From Eledone cirrhosa (lineage: Eukaryota), in NCBI GenBank assembly GCA_964016885.1, contig OZ024741.1:157046001-157110000 (forward strand): 64,000 nucleotides of DNA, written 5' to 3'. Positions 12,450-24,728 of this stretch are shown here, in pieces. Made by a program: the position numbers and the translations under genes. The notes under the pieces are model-generated. The model made no database searches. It worked only from the letters and a program-made list of their open reading frames with translations, and had not been told where the DNA came from. Position 1 is the first letter of the stretch. The number at the start of each line of letters is the position of its first letter.

Positions 12450-14079
12450 TATATATATTTAAAAGATTAGAGGTGTAATAGACGAGTTATGATATATTGG
12501 TAAAAGGAAAAGAAAATGCTGACAAATTGTTCCCAGTGAAAAATAGTTTAATTAGGAATAAGTAAAAATTAGTAATAGTATTGGTTAGTATTCAGTTTTG
12601 GTTTTAAGTTTTACCGGTTGCGCATTTCTAATGCTTTTCAAAAATAATTTTGAGATAGAGCGCCCGTGATGTTTGCTCTAATCTGATTAGTTTTGGAAAT
12701 TCTACCTCTTTTATGTAAAAAAACGTGGCTCCAGATGTATGAAAAAATTCTTGTAGTCAAAACAATTTTGATTGGTCGGTAGAGATCATGTGAATGTTAA
12801 AAATTGATTTTGCGCCAAAAGTAGGTTTGTCTCGGCTGATTGAGAAGTCACTGAAAAGTAAGTCTTTCAAGACAAATATGTGTGTGTGTGTAGTAGTAGT
12901 AAAGAGGTTCGTTGTTGTGATAATGGTCAGCAGGGATGTGTGTGCGAACTGCAGCCTGTTGACAGTTCAAATGCCTACTAAGACAAGTGTGTGTGTGTGT
13001 GTGTGTGTAGCAGAGTAATTCGTGGTAGAGGGATGGTCAGTAGGAATGTGTCTGTACGTGTGTGGGGGATATTTTAACATGTTAAAAGATATTTTTCAGC
13101 TCTTGTCTTATACGGAGAAGTGTGTGTATGTGTGTGTGTGTGTGTGTATATGTCTCTTTGTATGTTAATGTACGCGTGTGTATGTGTGTGTGTATATATG
13201 TGTGTGTGCATATATGTGTGTGTGTGTGTGTGGGTGGACCAGTATTTTTGTGATACTGGTAAAAATGGTGTACATTATTCGATATTTTCAGTAAAAACGA
13301 TTCTCTCAATAGAACATCAAAAACCTTAATAATAAAAGGTGTGAAATGATATATAGTATTGACATAATACCAAGGTGTGTGTGAGTGTCCAGATTGTACG
13401 TACTGCAAGGGGAATCCATTAGGCCTTGTATTGGAATACTTGTGTATATATATATATATAGGGCTTCTAGGTTTTCTGTCTACCAAATTCCACCCACAAG
13501 GCACTGATCAATCTGGGGCTATAAAAAAATACACTTGATTAATGTGCTGAATAGTATCACTGAATTCAGAACCATGTAGTTGCGAAGCAAACATCTTAAT
13601 CACATAGCCACACCTTTTCCTGTATGAATATACACATAAATTACCAGTTTTCTAATCCTGTAAATACATGTTTGTGTAATATCCATTTATAAAAAGAAAA
13701 AAAACTATATTTTCGATGTGCAAATAATATAAACTCAGACCGATATATTTTATCAACTTACATATACTCCATTCTAGTAGTGTGCCGTGTCATGAATCAC
13801 TTATAGTTAAAAAGTAAAACATTTTAGTGACAGAAACATATGAAGTTGCAACAGCATATTTGATTTTGCGATTTATCTACTTTACTACTTAAGTACAAGA
13901 CTTATAGTTGCTGTCACTGTTGTCAGTATGGGTATATTATGTATATAACTCTATAGCATCACTATTTATTTCATTATATATATTTTGGGGATGCAAATTT
14001 TATTTGTTGAGTGCTTTGTATCTGTTATGAAATAACTCAGTTGATTACATATCAACAAAGTCTTTAATTTATTGTTTAT

Positions 14080-14142
<63 letters not shown>

Positions 14143-14507
14143 ATATTTGGGGAGGGTCATATTTGCGTAATATTGCCAGAATTAATAACAGAACACACTC
14201 ACTGTTTGGTTGGTTTTCGCTTCTCGCTGTCTTTTATATATATATATCTGCGATCTAACTTACTCGGTCCTCAATGTTGCCATTGACTGACCGGCGGTCA
14301 AAAATAATACAGATACAATATAGACAAACACATATATATATAGTTTACATAAATCTTTCGTTGCACATCTGCAACATCGTCAGTGGTGTTATATTCATTG
14401 TTCCTCCTGTTGTGTTGTATGTCTACGCCATTTTTTTTTTGTTCAGTCTGTCTATATATTTATTTATTTATTTGCTTGTTTGTTTATCTTATTTTATTTT
14501 GTCTTCT

Positions 14508-15113
14508 AAGATAGGGAAGGCCACATCATGGTACGACAACCAGAGATATCAGAGTGTCATGTTTGTGGACGCCACCCCTGGAGGGAAATTAGCTAACCAG
14601 TGTAGAAAGGCCCTGAGAAAGACCCACTTAAAAATAAAGGTGGTAGAAAAGCCAGGAACCACCATAAAATCCCTGATCAGCAAAACCTACCCTTTTAAGA
14701 AAACCCACTGTACCAATAGGAAATGTATCATATGTAAGGTGAACCCCCGGATAAACTGTAAAACTAGAAACGTAGTCTATAGCATAAGATGTACAGAGGG
14801 TACTTGCAGAAACACGACAACAACATACATAGGTGAGACAGCTCGTAGCATAGGTGAAAGGATAGACCAACACTGGGGGGAACTAAAAGGACGAAAAAAC
14901 GGGTCAGTACTATACGAACATGCTAGACAACATCATGACGGTAACATAGACAACATAGAAATTAGAATAATATCTAAACATAGGAATGACCCAGCAGATA
15001 GGCAAATCAGAGAGGCCAGGGAAATAGAAATTAGAAGACCAAAGCTAAACAGAAAGAATGAGTGGAACAACAACAACACCCAAACAAACAACACTGACCT
15101 AAGAGAAGTATAA
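14508..15113 (+). pseudogene. Penelope-like RT linker plus GIY-YIG endonuclease (C-terminal fragment)
   Basis: SVMFVDATPGGKL, a Cys linker (CTNRKCIIC...C), NVVYSIRC...YIGETARSIGERIDQH and REAREI...PKLNRKNEW. The ORF-track N-terminus is the inverted pLTR. Confidence 0.9.
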
Positions 15114-15384
15114 ATAAATAAGTAAATTAAATTAAATAAAATAAGATAAATAAATACATACACAAGCACATAAACACACACTAGTCACCCAGCAGACACA
15201 ACACTATACACACTAGTCACACATCACACATAACACTATACACACACGCAAACGCATGCGCAAAGAAGACAAAATAAAATAAAATAAGATAAACAAACAA
15301 GCAAATAAATAAATAAATATATAGACAGACTGAACAAAAAAAAATGGCGTAGACATACAACACAACAGGAGGAACAATGAATAT

Positions 15385-15448
15385 AACACCACTGACGATG
15401 TTGCAGATGTGCAACGAAAGATTTATGTAAACTATATATATATGTGTT
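15385..15448 (+). ncRNA. Hammerhead ribozyme motif in the pLTR (mirror copy 14327-14390, minus strand)
   Basis: CTGACGA-T-GTTGCA/TGCAAC-GAAA with a perfect stem II. Stem III AG(A)TTTA/TAAACT gives a CUA site. The stem I partner TGTGTT is displaced by (TA)4. Confidence 0.6.
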
Positions 15449-16529
15449 TGTCTATATTGTATCTGTATTATTTTTGACCGCCGGTCAGTCAATGGCAACA
15501 TTGAGGACCGAGTAAGTTAGATCGCAGATATATATATATAAAAGACAGCGAGAAGCGAAAACCAACCAAACAGTGAGTGTGTTCTGTTATTAATTCTGGC
15601 AATATTACGCAAATATGACCCTCCCCAAATATAACAATATCTGTTTCGACACACGATTTCATATAAAAAACCTCGCAAAACTAATTCATCGCCGCTATAT
15701 ATATATATATGTATATAAAATTCTTTGTCTCTCTGTCTGTCTGTCTGTTTCCTTGTGCATTCTCAAATGGCTCGACCGAATCAAATCAAATTTTTAGACC
15801 CGGGATTAACAACATGTAATTTTTATGTCCATTTGGATTAAAACAATATAACATTTTATCTAAAATAATCTTTCTACAGTCAACAATACTACGATGGCGA
15901 CAATGACGACAACACAACAACGACAACGTAACATTTTGTATATGAGTGTATCTGCGTTTCTGTGTGAGTTTACGTGTTCATTACATACGTTAGGCCTTAG
16001 TAAGTTACATACACATACATCTTCAGATAAATATTTAATCAGATACACAGAGAATTAAACATACACACACACCTTCACATGTGGTGACTGACAAGTATAT
16101 GTGTATGAGTGTATGTGAGAGTGTATGTGTGTGTGAGTGTATGTGAGTGTGTATGTGTGTATGAGTGTATGTGTATGTGAGTATACATACATTTCTGTGA
16201 CAACTGACATAACAAAACGCTGGGGGGGTGAAACTGGGTGTGTTTTTATGAATTTATGTCAGTGTGTGTGTTTTTATAAGTTCGTGTGAGTGTATGTGCG
16301 TCTGTTCATGGGTGAAACTCTGTGTGTTTGTATGAATGTATGTCTGTGTGTTTTTTTTAATAAGTGAATGTTTGTGTGAGTGTATGTGTGTCTGTTCGTT
16401 AAATTAGCAGTTAATACATTTGCTTATATTTGGTTAATTTACACTGCATACAAAAATAATAATTAATATATATTTCTTTTGGATGTTGATACTTATTTGT
16501 TTACAATATTGAAAAAATATGACTTTGTT

Positions 16530-16796
16530 CTTAAAATTCCTCTCATATCAACAGCTGTTCCATTTGAATTTAAGAGGCTTCAGTTTCTAGTCAAACTAAG
16601 TTTTGTTATTTCAATCAACAAATCTCAGCGTCAATCCTTCATGGTAGTTGGACTTGATCTCTCTACTACATGTTTCTCCCACGGTCAACTCTATGTTAGT
16701 TGCTCACGAGTTCGAAGCAGCAATAATGTATTCATTTGGACACCAACAAAAAATTACGCAATGAATATTGTTTACCCCGAGGTGCTTCAAGATTGA
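16530..16796 (+). pseudogene. Helitron PIF1-like helicase C-terminal fragment
   Basis: PFEFKRLQFLVKLSFVISINKSQRQS...CFSHGQLYVSCSRV...NIVYPEVL. Confidence 0.9.
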
Positions 16797-16911
16797 CAGA
16801 TTTTCATTTCTAAATTCTATTATAATTACAATTTTGATATTTTTTTAACAAAATATTGATATTTTGAAATAATCATGAGAAAAACATATATCTTCATATT
16901 TATTGTTTATT

Positions 16912-17100
16912 AGGTGGATTGGCAGTCTCGGTAGAGGGTCGGACGCCATGCTTTGACGTATAGAGCTACGGCCCTTGCCATTCTGAGTTCAAATCCTGCC
17001 GAGGTTAACTTTGCCTTTCATCCTTACGGAGGTCGATAAAATAAAGTACCAGTAATGTACTGGGTATTTACTGGCCTTGTGCCAAAAGTAGAAACGATTA
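16912..17100 (+). mobile_element. tRNA-derived SINE family A
   Basis: GGTGGATTGGCAG...GAGTTCAAATCC (B box)...GATAAAATAAAGTACC...GTAGAAAC. Confidence 0.9.
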
Positions 17101-17266
17101 ATCTGAATAAGAACAGAAATAACCCGGTCAACGCCAGGTTATTCAGCTAGTATTTGTATATAGGTTATAATAATAATATTCGATTCGTTTGCAAGCAAAC
17201 GGCCCGGCTTATGCTTTGTTTTTGATGACTATCGTCATCCACTTGTTCAACAGTAGCATCAAGTAG

Positions 17267-17306
17267 CAATTAACATGTTTCTGGGTCATTTCCTTCATCA
17301 GGACTG
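17267..17306 (-). ncRNA. Minimal hammerhead motif (degenerate stem I) inside a 41-bp inverted-repeat element (17210-17452)
   Basis: Minus strand: CAGTC-CTGATGA-AGG...CCA-GAAA-CATG-TT-AATTG, with palindromic stem III ACATGT. Confidence 0.55.
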
Positions 17307-17716
17307 TATACCTCTCTTCTACTCTATTGAATTGTTGAAAATATGTAGTATTTTCTAATGTATACATTGGCTGATCAGCCTCATTTGCATATAGGTTATA
17401 CCAGTGCTAAGTTGAACAAATGGATGACGATAGTTTTCAAAAACAAAGCATATATCCGTCTCATACTACAGACCTGGATGGGGGGTAATTGTTTCGTTGG
17501 GGTATGGGGGGACCTGCCTAGGCGAATTTCGTAGAATTTTAGGGTAGTGGATGGTCAAATTCCTCCGGACTTGCGCCTGCTCAAACCGGTGGGGGCGGGG
17601 GGGGGGGGATTGGGACTCATAAGGGAACGCATGAAGAATTCAAGAACACCTGCTTTGTCTGTTCCCTTGTCGATCAACTTGGATTACCTCGGGAACATTA
17701 CCTTATTATGTAAGAA

Positions 17717-17791
17717 GCTGTCTGATGATGTCACGGAACTGGGTACACCGAAGAGTGTGGCCACTGTCGTCATTGAAATATGTATCACAGC
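17717..17791 (+). ncRNA. Type I hammerhead ribozyme motif
   Basis: GCTGT-CTGATGA-(long stem II)-GAAA-TATGTA-TC-ACAGC, with stem I GCTGT/ACAGC. Confidence 0.75.
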
Positions 17792-17949
17792 ATTATCATT
17801 AAAGGACTTTAACAGCTGAAACTACTTTGCATTTTCTTATTCTAAATATACTCCATCACTCCTATGTGGAAAAAGTACGTTGAGTGCTCACCGATTGTGT
17901 TGTTATTTCTGTTTACCTTTTACATACATATATATATATATATAATATT

Positions 17950-18032
<83 letters not shown>

Positions 18033-18086
18033 TAAAATATCTGAATCTTAACCATCTACTATGTCAGGGTATGTCATCCATCATCT

Positions 18087-18153
18087 TATTTTATCTGATG
18101 AGGACGTACTGTTGAAGTTAACTCAGTACCTCTGAAATATGTATAATAAAATA
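18087..18153 (+). ncRNA. Type I hammerhead ribozyme motif
   Basis: TATTTTAT-CTGATGA-GGACGTACTG...CAGTACCTCT-GAAA-TATGTA-TA-ATAAAATA, with an 8-bp stem I. Confidence 0.85.
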
Positions 18154-18193
18154 TACTTGATCACAAGAATATCTATTTTGTTAATATTTTGAA

Positions 18194-18280
<87 letters not shown>

Positions 18281-18283
<3 letters not shown>

Positions 18284-18429
18284 AGAATTGGCTGAAAAGT
18301 TCTTATGGAATGATAAAATGAGGTTTATATGCAGTTATTAATAAGAAGAGTTGAAATTAATGAAAGATTTCACATCTCCAGCATCATTCTTTCATAGTCA
18401 GCCTATGAACCTTTCAGCAGACTCTCATA
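18281..18429. mobile_element. Small mariner-type MITE (degenerate)
   Basis: Imperfect TIRs TGAGAATTGGCTGAAAAGTTC / GAACCTTTCAGCAGACTCTCA. Confidence 0.55.
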
Positions 18430-18530
18430 TATATACAAATATGTATGATGTATATATGTATATATATATATATATAGTATTAATGTATAAAGGAACAAAG
18501 AATCAGTGTTGCATCATATACATATTTATT

Positions 18531-18622
18531 ACATATTACATATGTTTCACTGTCGATCACCTCGAGGAACGATCTATTAATGACCAAACCTGACTCTGGA
18601 ATCGGAAGCTCTTCAGATATGT
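18531..18622 (-). ncRNA. Type I hammerhead ribozyme motif within fold-back element 18474-18795
   Basis: Minus strand: ACATAT-CTGAAGA-GCT...AGT-GAAA-CATATG-TA-ATATGT, with palindromic stem III. Confidence 0.75.
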
Positions 18623-18792
18623 TTTAATATGCAGGCTCACGTCTGAAACATATGTAATATGTAATAAATATGTATATGATGCAACACTGATTATTTGTTC
18701 CTTTATATATTAATACAATTGATACTCTGCTCCCCAAGAGCATTGAGTGCTCACCCAGAATACAGCCTACAGATGCAATTAACTTGCACTTT

Positions 18793-18918
<126 letters not shown>

Positions 18919-19110
18919 TGGCAGGTGAACAGTGAACTACACTGATTAAGGGTAATACCCAGAAACATTAGTGTATGCAGTTCTGTTGACATGCCAACAC
19001 AAGAATGAGGGGTTCATTCTACTGACATGGCTTTAAAAAGAGGCTGTTTGCATAATTGCAAACGAATCAAATATTATTATTAATATTATAGATATTCTTG
19101 TGATCAAGTA

Positions 19111-19177
19111 TATTTTATTATACATATTTCAGAGGTACTGAGTTAACTTCAACAGTACGTCCTCATCAGATAAAATA
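19111..19177 (-). ncRNA. Type I hammerhead motif, inverted copy of 18087-18153
   Basis: Reverse complement of 18087-18153, including the same stem II loop variant. Confidence 0.85.
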
Positions 19178-19183
19178 AGATGA

Positions 19184-19372
19184 TGGTGGATTGGCAGTAT
19201 CGGTAGAGGGTCGGACGCCATGCTTTCCAGCATAGTTACGTCCCTTTACGATCTGAGTTCAAATCCCGCCGAGGTTGACTTTGCCTTTCATCCTTACGGG
19301 GTCGATAAAATAAAGTACCAGTAATGCACTGGGTAATTGCTGGCCTTGTGCCTAAAGTAGAAACAATTATTA
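19184..19372 (+). mobile_element. tRNA-derived SINE family A
   Basis: Matches 52692-52879. Confidence 0.9.
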
Positions 19373-19482
19373 ATATTCGAAAAACTAAGATTACATTTAT
19401 ATATATATATATATTGTCGGATTGTTGATTGAAACAGGATTAGGGGATGTGAGCAGCAAAACTTCAACTTTCGGAAAATTAC

Positions 19483-19530
<48 letters not shown>

Positions 19531-19664
19531 TCCAGTTATATATATACATATGATTCCAGTTCCTCAGAGAAATAACAACCCAACCAGGAGCTGGACATAT
19601 CGGAGTATTGACGGAGTAAAACACTTTAACAACATGTGTACCTGTCTCTACCACACCAATTCGG

Positions 19665-19719
19665 ACTGCCTGAAGAGGTCACAGCCAATGATGGCTGTCA
19701 CTGAAATATATATAGCAGT
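19665..19719 (+). ncRNA. Type I hammerhead ribozyme motif
   Basis: ACTGC-CTGAAGA-GGTCACAGCCA/TGGCTGTCACT-GAAA-TATATA-TA-GCAGT; all three stems can be drawn. Confidence 0.85.
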
Positions 19720-19864
19720 ACACCTTTAATAAACGAAGCCAAATTTTAAATATTTGACTTAATTACTTTATTTTACATTACTCCGGAGTAACCAAACCAA
19801 CCTGCGTACTTCGTCGAGTGCTCCAATCTGCATACTGAGGTGTCGGTAAACAACCAACATATAC

Positions 19865-19932
<68 letters not shown>

Positions 19933-20035
19933 TATATTAAGAATATTAATAAATGTAAAATAACTTTATAAAACCATATTTATTTTATTATACGTATTTC
20001 AAGGGTACTAATATCAACAAACCATATAACTCATT

Positions 20036-20091
<56 letters not shown>

Positions 20092-20097
20092 CTCATT

Positions 20098-20164
<67 letters not shown>

Positions 20165-20169
<5 letters not shown>

Positions 20170-20682
20170 TTACACCTCTCCAAGACAATGTCACTCACAC
20201 ACTTACACCTCTCCAAGACAATGTCACCACACACTTACACCTCTCCAAGACAATGTCACTGGACCGAGACCTTTGGCGGTACTCAGTAACAGAGAAGACC
20301 CGCCTTGCCAGTAGGCATCTCTAACAAAATACACCCCGTCCCACCACCACCACCCCCACCCCATCCACACCACCCCGTCCTATGTAAAGTTATGTTGGTG
20401 CCGCGCCATCCGGGCCGAAACAAATGAGATCGTGTAGGTGTCACGACAAAAAAACACACAGTCCACGCTGTAATGTGGCCGTGTAGGCAACACGGTAAAA
20501 ACCTCCCAGACCCACACTGTAAATGTGGTTGGTGTTAGGAAGGGCATCCAACTGTAGAAAACCTGCCAGACAGTCCTATGCGAGCAAGACAATCACTCTT
20601 GCCTCAAGTGGGACTACCCCCGTCCAAACCCATGCAAGCGTGGAACACGGACGTTAAACGTTGATGATGATGATGATGATGA
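20165..20682 (+). mobile_element. RTE LINE 3' fragment with triplicated 5' junction
   Basis: Matches 9305-9785. ACACTTACACCTCTCCAAGACAATGTCAC occurs three times in tandem. Confidence 0.9.
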
Positions 20683-20699
20683 TATATATATATATATAT

Positions 20700-21470
20700 A
20701 TCATTCACAACTGTCTTCTCAAGTTTTTCAAGTCCACTTTTGTAACCAGGATCATCTTTCCACATTGAAGGGTCTTTGTTGAGGAAATCGGTGCTGATAG
20801 AAAATCTAGTGAAGAAAGTTTTTTGTACCAGGAGTTACAAAAGACAAAAACTCGATGTTTGTAAAGGAAGAAAAGTCATTTTGGTGCAGAATGTACCTCT
20901 TCAGTTGATTTTTGTCTTCTTCCTCTTCTTCACCTTTGTCTGCTTTCAGCATAACTTGAGCAATATTTACCTTAACCTCTCCTTTTATCCTTGCTCTCCT
21001 TTTCTCATTGCTCTCCTTTTCTCATTGCCTCCTTGCTCTCCTTTTCTCATTGTTCTCTTTGCTCTCTTTATCCATGTTCTCCTTTTCTCCTTGCTCTCCT
21101 TGTTCTCCTTGCTCTCCTTGCTCTCCTTTACTCGTTGCTCTCCTTGTTCTCCTTGCTCTCCTTTTCTCATTGCTCTCCTTGCTCTCGTTTTTTCATTGCT
21201 CTCCTTGCTCTCCTTTTCTCATTGCTCTCTTTATCCTTGCTCTCCTTTTCTTCTTACTCTCCTTGCTCTCCTTTCCTTTTCTCCTTGCTCTCCTTGCTCT
21301 CCTTTACTCATTGCTCTCTTTGCTCTCCTTTTCTCCTTGTTCTCCTTTCTCCTTGTTCTCCTTGCTCTCCTTGCTCTCCTTTTCTCCTTCCCCTCCTTGC
21401 TCCCTTTTTCTCCTTGCTCTCCTTACTCTCCTTTTATCCTTGCTCTCCCTTTCTCCTTGTATCTATGTAC
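20700..21470 (-). mobile_element. Internal fragment of a hAT-like DNA transposon with expanded CT-rich minisatellite
   Basis: The minus strand (frameshifted) reads approximately F.ISTDFLNKDPSMWKDDPGYKSGLEKLEKTVVND. Homologous to 50700-51540. Confidence 0.55.
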
Positions 21471-21565
21471 TTGTTTATATACAAATACAATGAGAAAACG
21501 GGAGCAAGGAGAAATATGAAAGCAAGAGTATGCAATATGAAAGTAAGGAGAAATATGAAAGAAGA

Positions 21566-21605
<40 letters not shown>

Positions 21606-21662
21606 CTCAATACCAAATGCCCATTTCTCTCAGCTGTCAACCACATACGGATATATGTTTAT

Positions 21663-22039
21663 TAGGATGGCCCTTAGTAATAGGCCCTTTGCTAAAATTT
21701 AAACTTTGATGCTCCCACAGCGAAAAATAGGTGGTTGCCCTATACCTACGCTCTGTCCCCAGCTTTGCAAGCTACCTTTCCCATTATATTTATGTCACTT
21801 ATCCTTCTAATACCAAGAATAAGTCTGAACAAGTTTTTTTCAATTTAAGAGAAAATTATATACGAGATAAAAAATCTGAAAAAATGACTTTCAGGGCTAA
21901 AACTTCAAAATGTCATGGTCGATGTGGGTTGCCTTGCAGTTGTCCACTTGAGCTAAAGTTTTGCATAGATTGGTTTTTTGTTAATTGGAATAAGATAGGA
22001 GCTAAACCTTTAGAAAGTTGAGAAATAAGGGCCACCCTA
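21663..22039. mobile_element. hAT-like MITE
   Basis: TIRs TAGGATGGCCCTTA / TAAGGGCCACCCTA; same ends as 49919-51852. Confidence 0.7.
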
Positions 22040-22057
22040 ATATATATATTATTCAAT

Positions 22058-22600
22058 AGACAGTAGCCACGGAGTAGGCAGACCCAGAAAAACCTGGGAC
22101 GACGTGATAAATTCCGACCTCACACACTTATACCTCCCCAAGACAATGTCACTGGACCGAGATCTTTGGCGCTACACAGTAATACAGAAGACCCGCCTTG
22201 CCTAAGTACAAAGCGAAACCTACAGTTAGTAGGCACCTCTAACAAAAATACACCCCGGCCCAACTACCCCCACCCCATCCACACCACCCCTTCCAATGTA
22301 AAGTTATGTTGGTACCACAACATCCAGTCCGAAACAAATGAGGTCGAGTAGGTGTCACGACAAAAAAAAACACACAGTCCACGCTGTAATGTGGCCGTGT
22401 AGGTAACACGGTAAAAACCTCCCAGTCCACACAGTAAACGTGGTTGGTGTTAGGAAGGGCATCCAGCCGTAGAAAACCCGCCAAACAGTCCTATACGAGC
22501 AAGACAACCAATCTTGCCTCAAGTGGGAAAATTCCCGTCCAAACCCATGCTAGCGTGGAAGATGGACGTTAAACGATGATGATGATGATGATGATGATGG
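22058..22600 (+). mobile_element. RTE LINE 3' fragment
   Basis: GRPRKTWD codons, shared 3' UTR and (GAT)n tail. Confidence 0.9.
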
Positions 22601-22919
22601 TTATTACAAACAGTTTGTTTTATCTTAAATTTTTCTTTTATTTGAGTCTGGCAGACCGTTTTGTTTATAATTAGTATACTATTCAACCTAGCGAATTCTG
22701 GTCACTTATAATCTGAATACAGATGTGTATATATATATCTGTGTTTTTCTCTCTTTACATTGAATTATATTACACGACCTGAAAATGTTTTTCCTTGAGC
22801 TAATTTTAATTGTAAAGGATGTTAATGAGTTTCTAACTCAATATATACTTTGATATATATATATACATATTTATATATATATACATATATAATATAGATA
22901 TATATATACATACATACAT

Positions 22920-23405
<486 letters not shown>

Positions 23406-23544
23406 CATATATATCATATAATATATATACATATATATCATATAATATATACACATATATATCATATAATATAATAATAATGATGACATATAAAGAGAGA
23501 CAGATAGACCAATGCAATTTTATTTCTAATTTTAATCTAATACT

Positions 23545-23724
23545 TGTTTCTACTTTAGGCACAAGGCCAGCAAATTACCCAGTGCATTACTGGTACTTTA
23601 TTTTATCGACCCCGTAAGGATGAAAGGCAAAGTCAACCTCGGCGGGATTTGAACTCAGAGGGCCGTAACTATGCTGGAAAGCATGGCGTCCGACCCTCTA
23701 CCGATACTGCCAATCCACCGCCCG
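23545..23724 (-). mobile_element. tRNA-derived SINE family A
   Basis: Full copy; TTTTAATCTAATACT is duplicated in the flanks. Confidence 0.9.
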
Positions 23725-24107
23725 TGGATTAGATTTTAATCTAATACTACATGATACTTAGCTTTGAGACTGACATATCAGCAGCAGCATTGGACAGACA
23801 CACATTGTGTTTTAAAAATATAAATGAAGCAGTAGTTGGTATAATTTTACATTGATATTGATGTGAGTGTAAGATATGACCCCACACACGTCTACAAACA
23901 CATCCTTATTCTGAATCCAATTTATTTTGAAGTTAAGACATCAGTAAGATTTTGATTATTATTATTTTCTACAGCATTTTTCTTTTTGTCTAAAACCACA
24001 GATATAAACACCCATACGGACAGATACATCACATGTGTGCTTTACGTAAAGACATAGAGTGAGAGTGTACAATGTAAATATATATGTACATACACACAAG
24101 TTGAGGA

Positions 24108-24155
<48 letters not shown>

Positions 24156-24212
24156 AGAAAGTGAATGAAATATATTCATACACACATAAGTGTGCATTAA
24201 GATATATCAAAG

Positions 24213-24251
<39 letters not shown>

Positions 24252-24382
24252 CCAAAAGTTTCATTGATTAATCAATGAATAAAGTTTTACAATAGATTAG
24301 AAGAACTCAACAGTGAGGTTTTCTGGAGTTATTAATATTAGTTCAAAATATTAATCAATATAGACATTCATGTGATCATATA

Positions 24383-24448
24383 TATTTTATTATACATATT
24401 TCAGAGGTACTGAGCTATTTCATCAGTACGTCCTCATCAGATAAAATA
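24383..24448 (-). ncRNA. Type I hammerhead motif (left arm)
   Basis: Reverse complement of 24575-24640. Confidence 0.85.
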
Positions 24449-24574
24449 AGTTGATGTCTTACATACTTCAACTGTGCTGATGGTTCAATTCCAGTCTTGG
24501 CAGTCTGCCAAGACTGGAATTGCCAAGTCTGGAATTGAACCATCAGCACAGTTGAGGTATGTCAGACATCAATT

Positions 24575-24640
24575 TATTTTATCTGATGAGGACGTACTGA
24601 TGAAATAGCTCAGTACCTCTGAAATATGTATAATAAAATA
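24575..24640 (+). ncRNA. Type I hammerhead motif (right arm)
   Basis: TATTTTAT-CTGATGA-GGACGTACTGA...TCAGTACCTCT-GAAA-TATGTA-TA-ATAAAATA. Confidence 0.85.
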
Positions 24641-24682
24641 TATTTGATCACATGAATGTCTATATTGATTAATATTTTGAAG

Positions 24683-24728
<46 letters not shown>

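Larger units (their letters stand above)
14135..15640 (+). mobile_element. Penelope-like element: 5'-truncated ORF between inverted ~375-bp pLTR copies
   Basis: 14135-14507 is the reverse complement of 15264-15640 (near identical). A GIY-YIG ORF lies between them, with a (TA)n tract at the left junction. Confidence 0.9.
15700..17150 (+). mobile_element. Non-autonomous Helitron with helicase remnant and nested SINE
   Basis: 5' region TATAAAATTC...(GTCT)n. 3' hairpin ATAACCCGG/CCAGGTTAT followed by CTAG|T at 17147-17151. The 5' boundary is approximate. Confidence 0.8.
24335..24688. mobile_element. Palindromic fold-back element with a hammerhead on each arm
   Basis: ~170-bp arms that are near-perfect reverse complements; the centre has a duplicated TGCCAAG(A/T)CTGGAAT. 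Confidence 0.9.

Noticed and set aside
14274-14507. Hydrophobic N-terminus of the 279-aa ORF (and mirror ORF 15217-15501)
   Set aside because: It is the antisense of the pLTR fused in frame by the inversion, not part of the endonuclease protein.
20776-21665. Long Leu/Ser/Pro/Cys-rich ORFs as membrane proteins (also 50799-51552)
   Set aside because: All three frames are open because the CT-rich minisatellite lacks stop codons.
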